Below are positions 13,403 through 25,439 of a DNA stretch of 64,000 bases, in pieces. The notes beneath the pieces are model-generated. The model did not search any database and was not told where the DNA came from. It saw only the letters and a list, made by a program, of their open reading frames with translations. The position numbers and the translations under genes are program-made. The DNA is from Mobula hypostoma (taxonomy: Eukaryota), in assembly GCF_963921235.1 (NCBI RefSeq), contig NC_086100.1:129022001-129086000 (forward strand), written 5' to 3'. How positions within the stretch are numbered: position 1 is the stretch's first letter; every line of letters begins with the position of its first letter.

Positions 13403-13693
13403 TGTGACGAGAGACCGAGGTGAGGATGGTCGGACCCAAGTCCTGAATCCAGACATGATGCAAGACTGAAATGAGTACAGAATACTAAACCAGACACTCA
13501 AGTAGAGCTGATGATTGAGCACCGAACCCCCGTTTAGGTGCTCCTTAAGTATTCAAATCCTGGCACCAAAGCATGGCTGCCAATTAGCGAGACGGTCCTG
13601 AATCCTTGAAGGGACTGTGCTAACTATCCATATTCCAGAAAGTTAGAGCGTCTAAACCCCGGAAGCTGGTGCGGTTGGTTGTATATTGTAACA
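13403..13693 (-). repeat. 5' LTR of the chromovirus (291 bp)
   Basis: Starts tgtgacgagagacc and ends ctggtgcggttggttgtatattgtaaca, matching both ends of 7316-7519. The gag ATG follows immediately on the minus strand. Confidence 0.85.
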
Positions 13694-15975
13694 TCTTCAG
13701 CATATAATCTGCAACAATAAGGACTACCTCCCCGACCATGCCCAGACTGCATTTCAGTAAATCTGATGACTTGTCTGACCTTCTCCTACCTGCATACAGG
13801 CAGGGGCTGAAGAGTAGAGCGCCAGAGATTTGGACAACAAGTAGGAGGCTGCGCGATACAGAGAAGCACCTACGGGATTGCTTTGAGTCTGTGGACTGGG
13901 CCGTGTTCAAGGACTCATCTGCGGATCTGAATGAATACGCCATGGTTGTAACAGACTTTATTAAAAGAGTTGTAGACAAGCACGTACCACAAAGTCATTC
14001 AGAGTCTTCCCCAGTCAAAAGCCCTGGAAGAAATACAAGATCTGCAGTCTGCTGAGGGCCAGATCAGAAGCATTCAAGTCTGGTAACTAAGAAAGTTACG
14101 AGAGGTCCAGCACGATCTCCGGAAATCCATCCCTCGGGTAAAGTGGTAATTCCAGACTAAACTTGAATCAGTGATGGATGCTTGACATTTGTAGCAGGGC
14201 TTGAATACTATCACCTCTTATAAAATTAAATCAAGCAACATATGTGACAGCAGGGGTTTGTTTCCTGATGAGCTCAATGCCTTCTATGCGCACTTTGATT
14301 GTCAAAACATGGAGGAGCCATTACAAACTCCCGCTGGCTTTGATGATCCCTGATTCCAGTCTCTGAAGCCATCTTGTGAGCAGCCTTCAGGAGGGTGAAG
14401 CCATGAAGAGCATCCAGCACAGATGGGATACCTGACCAAATACTAAAGACCTATGCTGATCAACTGGCTGGAGAGTTCACTGAAATCCTTAACCTCTTGC
14501 TTTGACAGTCTGAGGCACCCACCTGCTTCAAGCAGGCTTCAATTATACCAGTGCCCAAGAAGAGCGTAGTGTTGTTCAATAGCACTTACATCCACGGTGA
14601 TGAAGTGCTTAAGAGGCTGATGATGAAACATATCAACTCCTGCCTGAGAAGTGACTTAAATCTGCTCCAATTTGCCTACTGTAGAAACAGGTCCAAGGCA
14701 GACGCCATCTCGCTACCTCCTCACTCAACCCTGGAACATCTGGACGGAAAAGATGCATACATCAGGATGCTGTTTATTGACTACAGCTCACCATTCAATG
14801 CCATCATCACTTCAAAACTAACCAATAAGCTCCTAGACCTTGGCCTCAATACTTCCTTCAGTGACTGGATCCTCGACTTCTTCACTTGCAGACCCCAGTC
14901 AGTTCAGATTGTCAACAACATCTCCTCCACGATCTCCATCAGCACAGGTGCACCACGGCCTGTGTGTTTAGCCCCCCCTCAACTCATTGTACACTTATGA
15001 CTGTGTGGCTAAGCACAGATCCAATGCCATATTGTTTGCTGACGACACCAGTGTCATAGGCTGAATCAAAAGTGGTGATGAATCAGCATACAGGAGGGAA
15101 ATTGAAAATCTGGCTGAGCAGTGCTACAACAACAACCTCTCACTCAATGTCAGCAAGACCGGGGGCTGATTATTGACTTCAGGAGAAGGAAAACAGAGGG
15201 CCATGAGCCAGTCCTCACTGGAGGATCAGCAACTTTAAAGTCCTTGGTGTTATTATTTCAGATGGCCTGTCCTGGACCCTGCATATATGTGAATTACAAA
15301 GAAAGCACAGCAGCACTTCTATTTCCTTAGGAGTTTGTGGAGATTTGGCATGACATCTAAAACTTTGACAAACTTGTATAGATGTGCAGTGGAGAGAACA
15401 TTGGCTGCATCAGAGCCTGTTATGGAAACACCAATGCCCTTGAACAGTAAATCCCGGATATGTTCCAGTCCATCACAGGTAAAGCCCTCCGCACCATTGA
15501 GCACATCTACATGGAATATTGCCACAGGAAAGCAGCACCCGTCATCAAAAACCCCACCACCGGGACATACTCTTTTCTCACTGTTGCTGTCAGCAAGAAG
15601 GTACAGGAGCCTTAGGGCTCACTCCACCAGGTTCAGGAACAGTTACTACCTTTCAACAATCAACTTCTTGGACCAACTCACTCAACTTCACCTGTCCCAT
15701 CATTGAAATGTTCCACAACCTTTTAAAGACTTTTCATCTCATCTTCTCAATATTTATTGCCTATTTATTTATTTATTATTATTTCTTTCTTTTTGTATTT
15801 GCGTAGTTTGTTGTCTTTTGCACACTGCTCGAACATTCAAGTCGGTGTGGTCTTTCATTGATACTATTAGAATTACTATTCTATAGAATTATTGAGTATG
15901 CCCACAAGAAAATGAATCTCAGGGTTGTATATGGTGACATATATGTACTTTGATAATAAATTCAGTTTGAACTTC
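13694..15975 (+). mobile_element. Rex1/Babar LINE, RT and 3' UTR (right piece)
   Basis: ORFs 13738-14055 and 14551-15000 (LLQFAYCRNRS...YIRMLFIDYSSPFNAII...WILDFFTCRPQSV). The 3' UTR is shared with the copy ending near 53700. Confidence 0.92.
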
Positions 15976-16168
15976 GGACTTTCATATTTCATCCCACCAG
16001 TGGGACTCTATTGCTCCCTGCACTGCATAGAACCACACCAGCATTTTCCTACTCAGGAAAAAAAACTCTTTGTAAGATATAGAATTGTGGTTAAGTAAGT
16101 GTCTGAATTAATTTCAGATGCACCCTTTTGTCTTTTAAAATCTCCCTATTCAAAAGCAAGAGAGCTCG

Positions 16169-16205
16169 CATCTGGTTTCTGTACTGAAACTACTTCTTAA
16201 AATAG
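16169..16205 (+). promoter_or_regulatory. Candidate JCHAIN proximal promoter motifs (E-box and MEF2-like site)
   Basis: CATCTG at 16169-16174 and CTTAAAATAG at 16196-16205, about 150-180 bp upstream of the ATG. Motif match only. Confidence 0.35.
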
Positions 16206-16351
16206 AACTGAAAATGATCTGGAGCTCTTTGAAGAAACAAATCACAAAACAGGCAAAATGGGTTGGTCTTTCATTTTTCTGAAGCTCACAAATCAGTCTA
16301 GGTGAGCACCAAGGGCACAAGAGGAGGATCGAGGAAGCTGACACTCCAGCT

Positions 16352-16415
16352 ATGAAGAACAAGCAAATGCTGAGACCTTTTGCAGCAATTCTCCTTTTCA
16401 CTGTTCTTGTAACAG
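16352..16415 (+). CDS. JCHAIN: Immunoglobulin J chain, exon 1 (signal peptide)
   Basis: MKNKQMLRPFAAILLFTVLVT+G; 64 coding bp, phase-1 donor ACAG|GTGTGA; hydrophobic leader; human JCHAIN also starts MKN. Confidence 0.9.
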
Positions 16416-17129
16416 GTGTGATGTTTAATTATTACACTCTTCATTATGCAATGTGTCACGTAAACATTTCCTCTTTTGTTTATCAATAGAGACTTAGGAA
16501 ATGTAAAAACATAGAAAGCTGCTGAAGAATGAGAATTTTCTTCCTGATAATGAGAGATATGACTGATTGTACGTGGAGACATTGATAGAGTAGATGTTGA
16601 TTAAGTTTGGTATGGATAGATTTGTAGGCAGTGATATTGTATTTATATGGTCATTCAATCTCTTTGCACATGGATAGGATTGCCTCAACATTTGGTGGTC
16701 CCATTGATTTAGCGATACTGTGTGTCATACTGTGTATTCCCCTTGGTCACGATGTGATCATCTTAGTCAAATTTTCATTGTTTTTCATTTGTTACTTATA
16801 TTGTTCTGACCATACTTGAGTCTCTGTTACAGAGTGTTTAATTTTTAATCACTATAAGTTAGCTAAAGATTAGCACTTGTAGCAGTCTGTCACATGTACG
16901 TCTATTGAGTGAGAGTGTCACCTCTTCACCAGAGACACCTCAGTGGGTTCTTTATCTCCATTTGGTTATGTATACTGAGTGTCAGAACATGTTCTAAAAC
17001 AAGCCAAATGATTTATCCTAATTCCATATCCGAGCTACTACTGGGTCATAAACCAAGTGATTAAGGATTAATTATAACTCATAGTTTTATTGAAGTTTTA
17101 TTTTTTTAAGTATCAAAGTTAATGAAAGT

Positions 17130-18790
17130 TGAGAGTTGGAACATTGCGAGACCATTGTGAAATATAAAACTATGAGAGTACTCCAGGAGCAACAAAAAAG
17201 GATTAGACTTTAACAGTTCATTTAGATTGTAAAAGATTAAATGACGTTACTATGGGTCCCTATCAGACTGAAACTGGAAAAATTGTATTGGATAACAAAG
17301 TAAACCCAGATGGAATAAATAAATATTTTGTGTCTGTAGTCACAAAATAATTCTCAGAAAACTATGTGGAAATATAGAGTAATTGAGAATGAGTAAGGAG
17401 AAAAAGAACTTAACAAACTATCTTTTGTGGTGTATTTGCTATTTCAGAATTTAATCAATAAAGTATTGTAAAATAAAAAGATAATTAAATCCCACAGTAT
17501 TGAAGGTAGTATTCTGGTTAATAGATAGAGAATTCATAAATAGGTTATTTTCGGGTAAAGTGACAATGCAAGGTTCAGTGCTCGGGCAGCAGCTGTTGAT
17601 AATCTACCACATTATGGCTGTAATGTAACATATTTAAATTTGCACTACATTGCTAAGAGGCAATATTGGTTGTGAGAAGGGTGCAGAGAGACATCAGGGA
17701 GTTAGAGACAGATTACAAAAATAGATGAAGCATGATTGTGGCACAATGTGATTTCATCCACTTAGATAGAAAAAATATAGAAAGCCAGTGTTATCTTCAA
17801 AAAGTTGAAGATTGAATGGTTTTGCTGCTTTGAGGAACTTGGGTGCCTTCTTACATGAATTACTAAAAATTCAGGAACAGCTACTTCCCCTCTGCCATTT
17901 GATTTCTCAATGGACGTTGAACCCATGAACACCACCTCACTTTTTATTATTTCTGTTTTTGCACTACTGTTTTAATTTAACTATTTAATATACACTGAAT
18001 AAGTATATATATATTTACTGTAATTTATTTTTCTATATTTTCATGTATTGCATTATACTGCTGCCACTAAGTTAACAAATTTCACAACATGTGCCAGTGA
18101 TATTAAACCTGATTCTGATTCTGAAAAGTTAATGTGCAGGTAAAACAAGCAATGAGGTTGGCTTTTATTGCAAAAAGACAGAAGCACAGGACCTAAAGAT
18201 CTTTTAATGCAACTATGTAGACTTATTGAGACTGAACCTAGAATATCTTGTACATATCCCCTTATGTAAGGCAGTATACATTTGCCATTCAGAAAATGCA
18301 ACAAGGTTCACCAGACTGATGCCAGTTTGAAGGGTTTGTTACACACAGAGAGATTTTGGAGACTGAGGCTCTATTAAGATAGACTTATTAGAGGGCTCTA
18401 TTGCATTGGACCTATTAGAGAGTGTGATGATTTTCCATATCTCATTGAACTATGTGAAATCCTTATGAGCTTGACAGGGTGGAATTAGGGATTATGTATC
18501 CTTTGACTAGAGTATCTATAACCAAGAGTTACATTCAAAAGAAGTTTGGCCATTCAGGAGAGATAAGAAAGGAACTCTTCACCCATGTTTGGAATTATCC
18601 ATCTAAGGAATCTGTAGAAGTTCAGTCACAGAATATGTTCGAGACAGAGATCACTAGATATCAAGGGAATCAAGAGAGATGGGGAAGGGAGGTTGAGGTA
18701 AAACTTCAGCTATGATCTTAATGCCTGGCAAGGGCACAAATGAACAAAAGGCCTACTTTTGCTTCAATTTCTTATGTTCTAATGTATTAC
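17130..18790 (+). mobile_element. Old CR1 fragments plus a LINE/SINE 3' tail in JCHAIN intron 1
   Basis: Degraded similarity to CR1 RT C-terminal blocks. A separate (GATTCT)n-tailed 3' end lies at about 17876-18125. Confidence 0.6.
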
Positions 18791-19365
18791 AAGTTTGAGG
18801 ACAAGAGTAAAGATAAAACAATTTCTACTTAAGATAATATGCTAAATGACTGTGGTCATGGATTATATAATCCACAAGCCTTTCACCACATGTGACAATG
18901 ACTTAAGTGAAACCTTTATTTTCAGAATAAATGTAGTTATATGATTTTGCAGAATAATGCCCGGATATTATCTTGGAACAGCTTAGACAACTTCAGCTCT
19001 TGATATGAAAGCTTGTTTCTAATTAGGCATTGCTGATGAGGTTTGGACATTCAGGGATTGTGCTCACAGTCACTTAAAACTCAGATCGCTTGCTTTTCCT
19101 TTCCAATCCTCTTCTTGAGCCTGACCTCCAATTCCACACCAGTATCCTTTCATCAAAGGACATTTGTGCTTTATACTCCTCTCTTACAGTGATAGATTTA
19201 AAGCAGATAGAAAGCAGAGCTATCTTATCTTCACTTTCTGATACTATAGATTTGCCTGTGCTAGGAAGCCAATTAACAGATATTTCGGTGAACACCCAGA
19301 CTTGCTCTACAGAAGGCACTACTTGCTCACTTATAATAATATTGCTACTGTCTGCTGTTTTATAG

Positions 19366-19492
19366 CCAATGCTGAAAGCCATCTTCTAGTTAAATCAAAA
19401 TGTAAGTGCCTGACTGTGACATCCAAAACAGTTGTTACCAAATTGCCTACTGGTGAACGTGTGGAGCAGCTTATGAGAGATATAAGAATTAT
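19366..19492 (+). CDS. JCHAIN: Immunoglobulin J chain, exon 2
   Basis: ttttatag|CC AAT...ATT AT|gtaagt; 127 bp; (A)NAESHLLVKSKCKCLTVTSKTVVTKLPTGERVEQLMRDIRI(I), matching human LVDNKCKC.R.TS...VERNIRII. Confidence 0.96.
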
Positions 19493-20395
19493 GTAAGTAA
19501 ATGCATTTTAATTTGATGATCACACTGCCTTATGCTAATTTTTGCTACTAATTGGAAAGTGGTTGCAGATAATTTCGTTACTGTGGGTCACTGAATTAGT
19601 TTATCGGACGGAATCAGATCACATCCCCACACCTAACAATCGTTTTATTTCCAAAATGAACATGGAAGCTTGAAAACTATAAAAGCTAAGATTCATTTCT
19701 AAGTGCAAGAACTCCATTGTTAACTTCCAGTAGGAAGAGAAGCATTAGTTAAGGTCCATTTATTAAAGTTGGTGCCTTTTTCACATAACTGTTGCTGCAT
19801 TAAGCTAAAAACTGTATGTAGTGGTATCTGTAGTGAAGATATCTCACAATGAATAGTTAGTTGTTGTTGCTGGGCAAAGAGCAGTCTATGAGCAATTCAC
19901 AGGCTGAGTAGTGACTATAAGAAATACTGGGCTCATGGAAATGAATAGACACCATCAACCCACATGTGGAAGTCTTATCTATCCCCAAAGGCACTAACGT
20001 AATGTGATTCCTATTTATTTCTTGACAACTATTTTATCTAAATTTCTCGGAATCGTTTCTAGATATTGAGATAATTAATTCATGTGCTGACATAAAAGCT
20101 TGCTGTGTATCCTTTTCTGGAACAACCTTCTGTCATCCAAAACTGATTAATGTTCAACTTGATGTAATCATGCATCAGTTAAGTTTGCAACTGATGCATG
20201 ATTAACTGATGCAATAGGTACGCTATTGTTATTGTTGTTGCTACGTAGCTGATTATTTTAGTTATTGACTGTTTCCTTTAATTAACAACATTACCCTAAC
20301 CACATCAGCAATGATCTGTGCAGAATGATGGCAGGGCATTTAATTGCCTATCTCCAGCACTCCTAAAATGACTGCCAATTGTTCTTTTATTACAG

Positions 20396-20476
20396 CGTTC
20401 CTATGAGGAGCAGAGTGAACATGTCAGATCCAACTTCCCCTATTCGGACGAAGTTCGTCTACAAGATTTCTGATTT
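20396..20476 (+). CDS. JCHAIN: Immunoglobulin J chain, exon 3
   Basis: tattacag|C...TT|gtatga; 81 bp; VPMRSRVNMSDPTSPIRTKFVYKISD versus human VPLNNRENISDPTSPLRTRFVYHLSD; N-glycosylation sequon NMS conserved. Confidence 0.98.
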
Positions 20477-20639
20477 GTATGAAATTTATTTTTGTCTCTC
20501 TTTTTGCAATATATATTTAGAACGGGTTTCAGAATACACCCTACACCTGGCATCTGGTGTTTGTACTTCAATATATAGCACGCATGGTGTAACTAGGCCT
20601 GCTCAAGGCATCGCAGGTTACTCAGAAATGAATGAATAG

Positions 20640-20760
20640 CGAGGGCAGCACAGTGGAGTAATTAGTAGAGTTGCTGCTGCGTTCTGCGTTTATTCCTCAC
20701 CTCCAGTGCTATTTTGTGGAGTTTGTACTTTCTCCTTGTAGCCAAGTGGAATCCAGGTTG
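20640..20760 (+). mobile_element. Degraded tRNA-derived SINE head (HE1/V-SINE-like)
   Basis: gggcagcacagtggagtaattagtagag...tgtggagtttgtactttctcc resembles the SINE at 56630. A probable matching tail lies at about 23335-23440, beyond the CR1 insertion. Confidence 0.5.
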
Positions 20761-20764
20761 GGAG

Positions 20765-23040
20765 ACCATAAGACGTTGGAGCGGAATAAGACCATCTGGC
20801 CCATCGAGTCTGCTCCACCATTCAATCATGGTGATCCTTTTTTTCATCTCCTCATCAACCCCTGTTCCCAGCCTTCACCCCGTAACCTTTGATGCCATGT
20901 CCAATCAATAACCTATCAATCCCTGTCTTAAATACACCCAACGACCTGGCCTCCACAGCTGTATATGGCAACAAATTCCACAAATTCGGCAGCCTTTGGC
21001 TAAAGAAATTTCTCCGCATCTCTGTTTTGAAAGGGCACCCCTCCATCCTGAGGTTGTGCCCTTTTGTCCTCGACTCCCCCACTATGGAAAACATCTCTTC
21101 CACATCGACTCTGTCTAGGCCTTTCAACATTCGAAAGGTTTCAATGAGATCCCCCGTCATCCTTCTGAATTCCAGTGAGTACAGAGCCATCAAAAGTTCC
21201 TCATATGATAACGCTTTCATTTCTGGAATCTTCCTTGTGAACCCCCTCTGGACCCTCTTCAATGCCAGCACATCTTTTCTAAGATGAGGGGCCCACAACT
21301 GTTCACAATACTCAAGGTGAAGCCTCACCAGTGCCTTATAACGCCTCAGCATCACATCCTTATTCTTGTATTCTAGACCTCTTGAAATGAATGCTAACAT
21401 GGCATTTCCCTTCCTCACCACCAACTCGACCTGCAAGTTAACCCTTAGGGTGTTCTGCACAAGGACTCCCAATTCCTGGATTTTCTCCACGTTTAGAAAA
21501 TAGTCTGCACATTTATTTCTACTATCAAAGTACATACCCATGCATTTTTCAACATTGTATTTCATTTGCCACTTTCTTACCCATTCTCCTAATCTATCTA
21601 AGTCCTTCTGCATCCTACCTGTTTCCTCAACACTACCTGCCCATCCACTAATCTTCATATCATCTGCAAACTTGGCAACAATGCCATCTATTCCATCATC
21701 CAAATCATTTATGTACAGCATAAAGAGAAGTGCTCCCAACACTGACCACCGACACCACTTGTTACTGGCAGCCAACCAGAAAAGGATCCTTTTATTCCCA
21801 CTTGCTGCCTCCTACCAATCAGCCAATGTTCTAACCATATTAGTAACTTGCCTGTAATATCATGGGCTCTTAACTTGGTGAGCAACCTCATGTGTGGCAC
21901 CTTGTCAAAGGCCTTCTGAAAGTCCAAATATACAACATCCACTGCATCCTCTTTATCTTTCCTACTTGTAATCTCCTCAAAGAATTCCAACAGATTTGTC
22001 AGGCAGGATTTTCCCTGAAGGAAACCATGCTGACTTTGTACTTACTACCTTTGCGGTCCTATATCCACTCTTATTTCTCTTTTATTTTTAACATACTTGA
22101 AAAAACTTCTAATATCCACTTTGATATTATTTGCTAGCTTGCTTTCATATTTCATCTTTTTCCTTCTAATGATTTTTTTAGTTGCTCTCTGCAGGTTTTT
22201 AAAAACTTCCCAATCCTCTACCTTCCTACTAATTTTTACCATGGTTGTGCTATTTTATCATTCAAGTATTTCTTCATTTTTGGAATACACATGTCCTGCA
22301 CCTTCCTCATTTTTCCCAGAAACGCACACCATTGCTGCTTTGCTGACATCCCTGCCAACAGCTCCTTCCAATTTACTTTGACCAACTCCTCTGTCATACC
22401 ACTGTAATTTCCCTTAATCCACTGAAATACTGCCATGTCAGACTTTACTTTCTCCTGATCAAAGTAATCACTGGTTCCTAAGGGTTCTTTTACTTTAAGC
22501 TCCCTCATCACCTCTGGTTCATTACATAACACCCAATCTAGTATAGCTGATCCCCTAGTAGCTCAACGACAAACTGCTCTAGAAGGCTATCTCATAGGCA
22601 TTGAACAAACTCATTCTCTTGAGATCCATTACCAACCTGATTTTCCCAATTGACTTGCATGTTAAAATCTCCCATGACTACCATAACGTTACCCTTTTGA
22701 CTCGCCTTTTCTATTTCCTGTTGTAACCTGTGGTCCACCTTCCAGCCACTGTTGGGTGGCCATCAACGTCCTTTTACCCTTGCTGTTTCTTAACTCAACC
22801 CACAAGGATTCAACATCTTCTGATCCTATGTCACATCTTTCTACTGATTTGATGCCATTCTTTACCAGTAGAGCCACACCACCACCCCCGCTCCGACTAT
22901 CTTCCAATCTCTCCAGTGTAACGTGTAACCTTGGACATTCAGCTCCCAACTACAACTATCCTTCAGCCACGATTCAGTGATGGCCACAACAACATACCTG
23001 GCAATCTGTAATAGTGTAACAAGGACAATAGACCACTGTA
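20765..23040 (-). mobile_element. CR1 LINE (endonuclease to 3' end) in JCHAIN intron 3
   Basis: ORF 20855-21775 (YINDLDDGIDGIVAKFADD...RPHLEYC-like block), 21709-21990 (VVYLDFQKAFDKVPH) and 22689-22949 (GGGVALLVK endonuclease block). Confidence 0.95.
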
Positions 23041-23107
23041 AATTGGCCTTAATATACAGATGAGTGGTAAAAGTTAATAGTAAATGGGGAGAGAATAAAA
23101 TGGTTTG

Positions 23108-23300
23108 AGCAAACACATACAAAATGCTGAAGGAACTCAGCGTGTCAGGCAGCATCAATGGAGGAGAATAAACAGTTGACATTTTGGGCCCGATGAAGGG
23201 TTTCATTCTGATTTGTCGACTGTTCAGTTCCCTCCAGAGATGCTGCCTGATTGCCTGAGCTCCTCCAGAATTTGGTGTGTGTTGCACAACATTTCCAGCA
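23108..23300. mobile_element. Two PLE terminal fragments in inverted (head-to-head) orientation
   Basis: 23108-23192 is the reverse complement of a PLE tail; 23193-23300 is a diverged forward copy. Confidence 0.7.
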
Positions 23301-23769
23301 TCTACAGAATCTTTTGTGTCTACAAAACTGCTTTGATTAGGATTAGTGTTCAAAATAGGTTGCTTGTTGGTTGCTGTAGACTTTGTGGGTCAGAGGGCTT
23401 GTTTCTGAGCCCGTTCTCTCTTTGACTCTGTAACTGTATGATTGCTTTAGTCACACACTTTGGTGGAAAGGAAACCTAGTGTATGTTTTCAGAGCTACAA
23501 TAGCGTTTCACAACGCCAGAGGAACTCCCTTCTCCAGTAAGTAAATGGGTAAACCAGTCAAAACACCCAAATGGGATATTAGGAGAACGCTTTCATTCTG
23601 AGGATCATTAAGATTTGTGATCTGTAGTAAGAAAGAGGAGGAATAAATTCTCAGGCTTCCAGCCAGGTACAGGTATTGATTATTTCTAGATGTTTTGACG
23701 ACAAACTCTGCCGTCTTCTGGAATGATACCTGGATAAGTCTAGTCCAGTGATATTTATACCCCTGTAGT

Positions 23770-23890
23770 CCATCCCTCTTCCTTCAGTTAGTCCTGACGA
23801 AGGGTCTCGGCCTGAAACGTCGACTGTACCTCTTCCTAGAGATGCTGCCTGGCCTGCTGCGTTCACCAGCAACTTTTATGTGTGTTGTTT
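23770..23890 (+). mobile_element. PLE 3' terminal fragment
   Basis: Near-identical to the terminus that follows the GIY-YIG-type ORF end at 36830-36966. Confidence 0.85.
23790..23825 (+). ncRNA. Minimal type I hammerhead ribozyme motif (intact core)
   Basis: Stem I AGTC/GACT, core CUGACGA, stem II AGG/CCU, GAA, palindromic ACGU in place of stem III, cleavage triplet GUC. Confidence 0.8.
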
Positions 23891-23959
23891 GTCCATCCCT
23901 CTTAATTGGTTAGTCCTCATCCAAACAGGTTTCCGCTCTCCCACCTTCTTTACATTCGA

Positions 23960-24270
23960 ATTTCAGGATCAATGAGCTCAGGAGATGTATCCGTTTGGGT
24001 TACCCTGAGAAAGTGGCGGTAGCAGAACATTGCATTCGCAATGGCCATAGAATTAACTTCGATGGTACAAAACTACCGTGCCACACCAATGGCTTTTGGG
24101 ACCGCCCAGTAAAGGAAGCTGTTGAAAGAAAACTAGATGAAAATAACTTTAACAAGGATGAAGGACTCACTCTAAGCAAGAGCTGGAATTCGATTCCAAT
24201 CAGGAGGGATGGACTACTGGGGTGTAAGTACCATAGGACTAGACATACCCAGGCATCATCCCTGAAGAAG
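23960..24270 (+). mobile_element. Second PLE family, C-terminal endonuclease region
   Basis: ORF 23995: VAVAEHCIRNGHRINFDGTKL...VKEAVERKLDENNFNKDEGLTLSKSWNSI, typical of the C-terminus of Penelope GIY-YIG domains. Confidence 0.8.
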
Positions 24271-25439
24271 ATGGAAAAGTTTGTAATTGCAACATTGGTT
24301 ATAAACAATACCTGTACCCAGCTGGAAGCCCAACAAGATGTTATCCATCATATGTGCCAGGTAAGCACTAAAACCTTTTTCATGAAAAAGGAGCTTTCAA
24401 GAGACAATAAAATGTGTATTTAAAGAGGGCTAATTTGGGGGTAAAGCTGGATGTAGAATTAACAGGATACCTATGTTGAAGCACTACAAACAACACTGTC
24501 TGAATGGTCTCTAACGTTCCAAAGCTTTGTTTAATGGCATAATGACAAGGGAGGAAGAAGACAAGAATTAATTGCCAATGTGTGGTTGACACTTAAACAA
24601 GAATTGTCCTCTAAACTGTTCATGTTCCCAAGACCCTGACATAACTTTGATGGAAGTTTAATGTAAGTTCCCTTTAAACAGATAAATGGAGCTACAGTCT
24701 CCCAGCTCCTGTGACTCAGTGCAATGCTGACCTCTGCTGTAAAGTTTGCACATTCGCTTGTGACATGTTTTTTATTCCCGCGAATGCTCTGTTTTCCTCC
24801 TACTTCACAAATGCATGTGGGTCAGTAGATTGTCAAACTCCTGTAAAGTATGTACTAGAATCTTGGGGTGGGGGTGGATGCTGGGAATCCAGGGAGAACC
24901 AGCTATAAGGAAAACTAGTGGGGAATGTGGACCAGCATAAGAGGCCACATAAATCCAGATTGTAAGAAAAGAATGAAACTGCCCATTTACTAGTAACCAG
25001 CTGACTACACAACCAGTCATGGGAAGGGATAGTAGAGCACCCAGGGGAACCTACACAGTTGCAGGAACATGCAACCTCTACACAGAAAAAGGGTGAGATA
25101 TCACAATTGAACTCAAGTAGCTGAAACCGGGAGGCAGCAACTGTACCTGCTAAACTATCCTCAACTACAACTCTTCACATTTACATCTTAGCACGGGATA
25201 ACAAGAGATAACTTCAAAAAAAATATTATAACTTTTCAGTTCAGAATTTGACATATTGCCACAAAAGACTATCGAAGGAGAAAAGAAATTATAAGTAGTC
25301 TTGAGGCCTGTTTGCTAACAGCACTATGATTGGAAGAGTATCAAGATTAATTTTTTAACTTTTACAACAGGGCTGGTTGTATTATTGATTAGAGATAAGT
25401 AGAACATGCTAAATCAATAGGAAAAGTAATTAACAAATC

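Larger units (their letters stand above)
7316..13693 (-). mobile_element. Full-span Tf1/sushi-group Ty3/Gypsy chromovirus (inactivated)
   Basis: Minus-strand order: 5' LTR 13693-13403; gag (MDPA; LPTLERFDGDQGSCHGFLIQ; QGRRSVANYTIEFWTLAQESGW); protease (VNAFVDSGTAANLLD); RT (~10270-9550); RNase H; integrase (PWAHMSMDFVMGLPPS; PQFISRFW); chromodomain ([25 protein letters not shown]); polypurine tract; 3' LTR 7519-7316. Many frameshifts. Confidence 0.95.

Noticed and set aside
1-16000. UTP3 or CXCL genes upstream of JCHAIN
   Set aside because: No ORF or exon with UTP3 or CXC-chemokine features was found.
19090-19365. 91-aa ORF overlapping the end of JCHAIN intron 1
   Set aside because: Its stop codon is the exon 2 acceptor TAG and it shows no homology; it is intronic.
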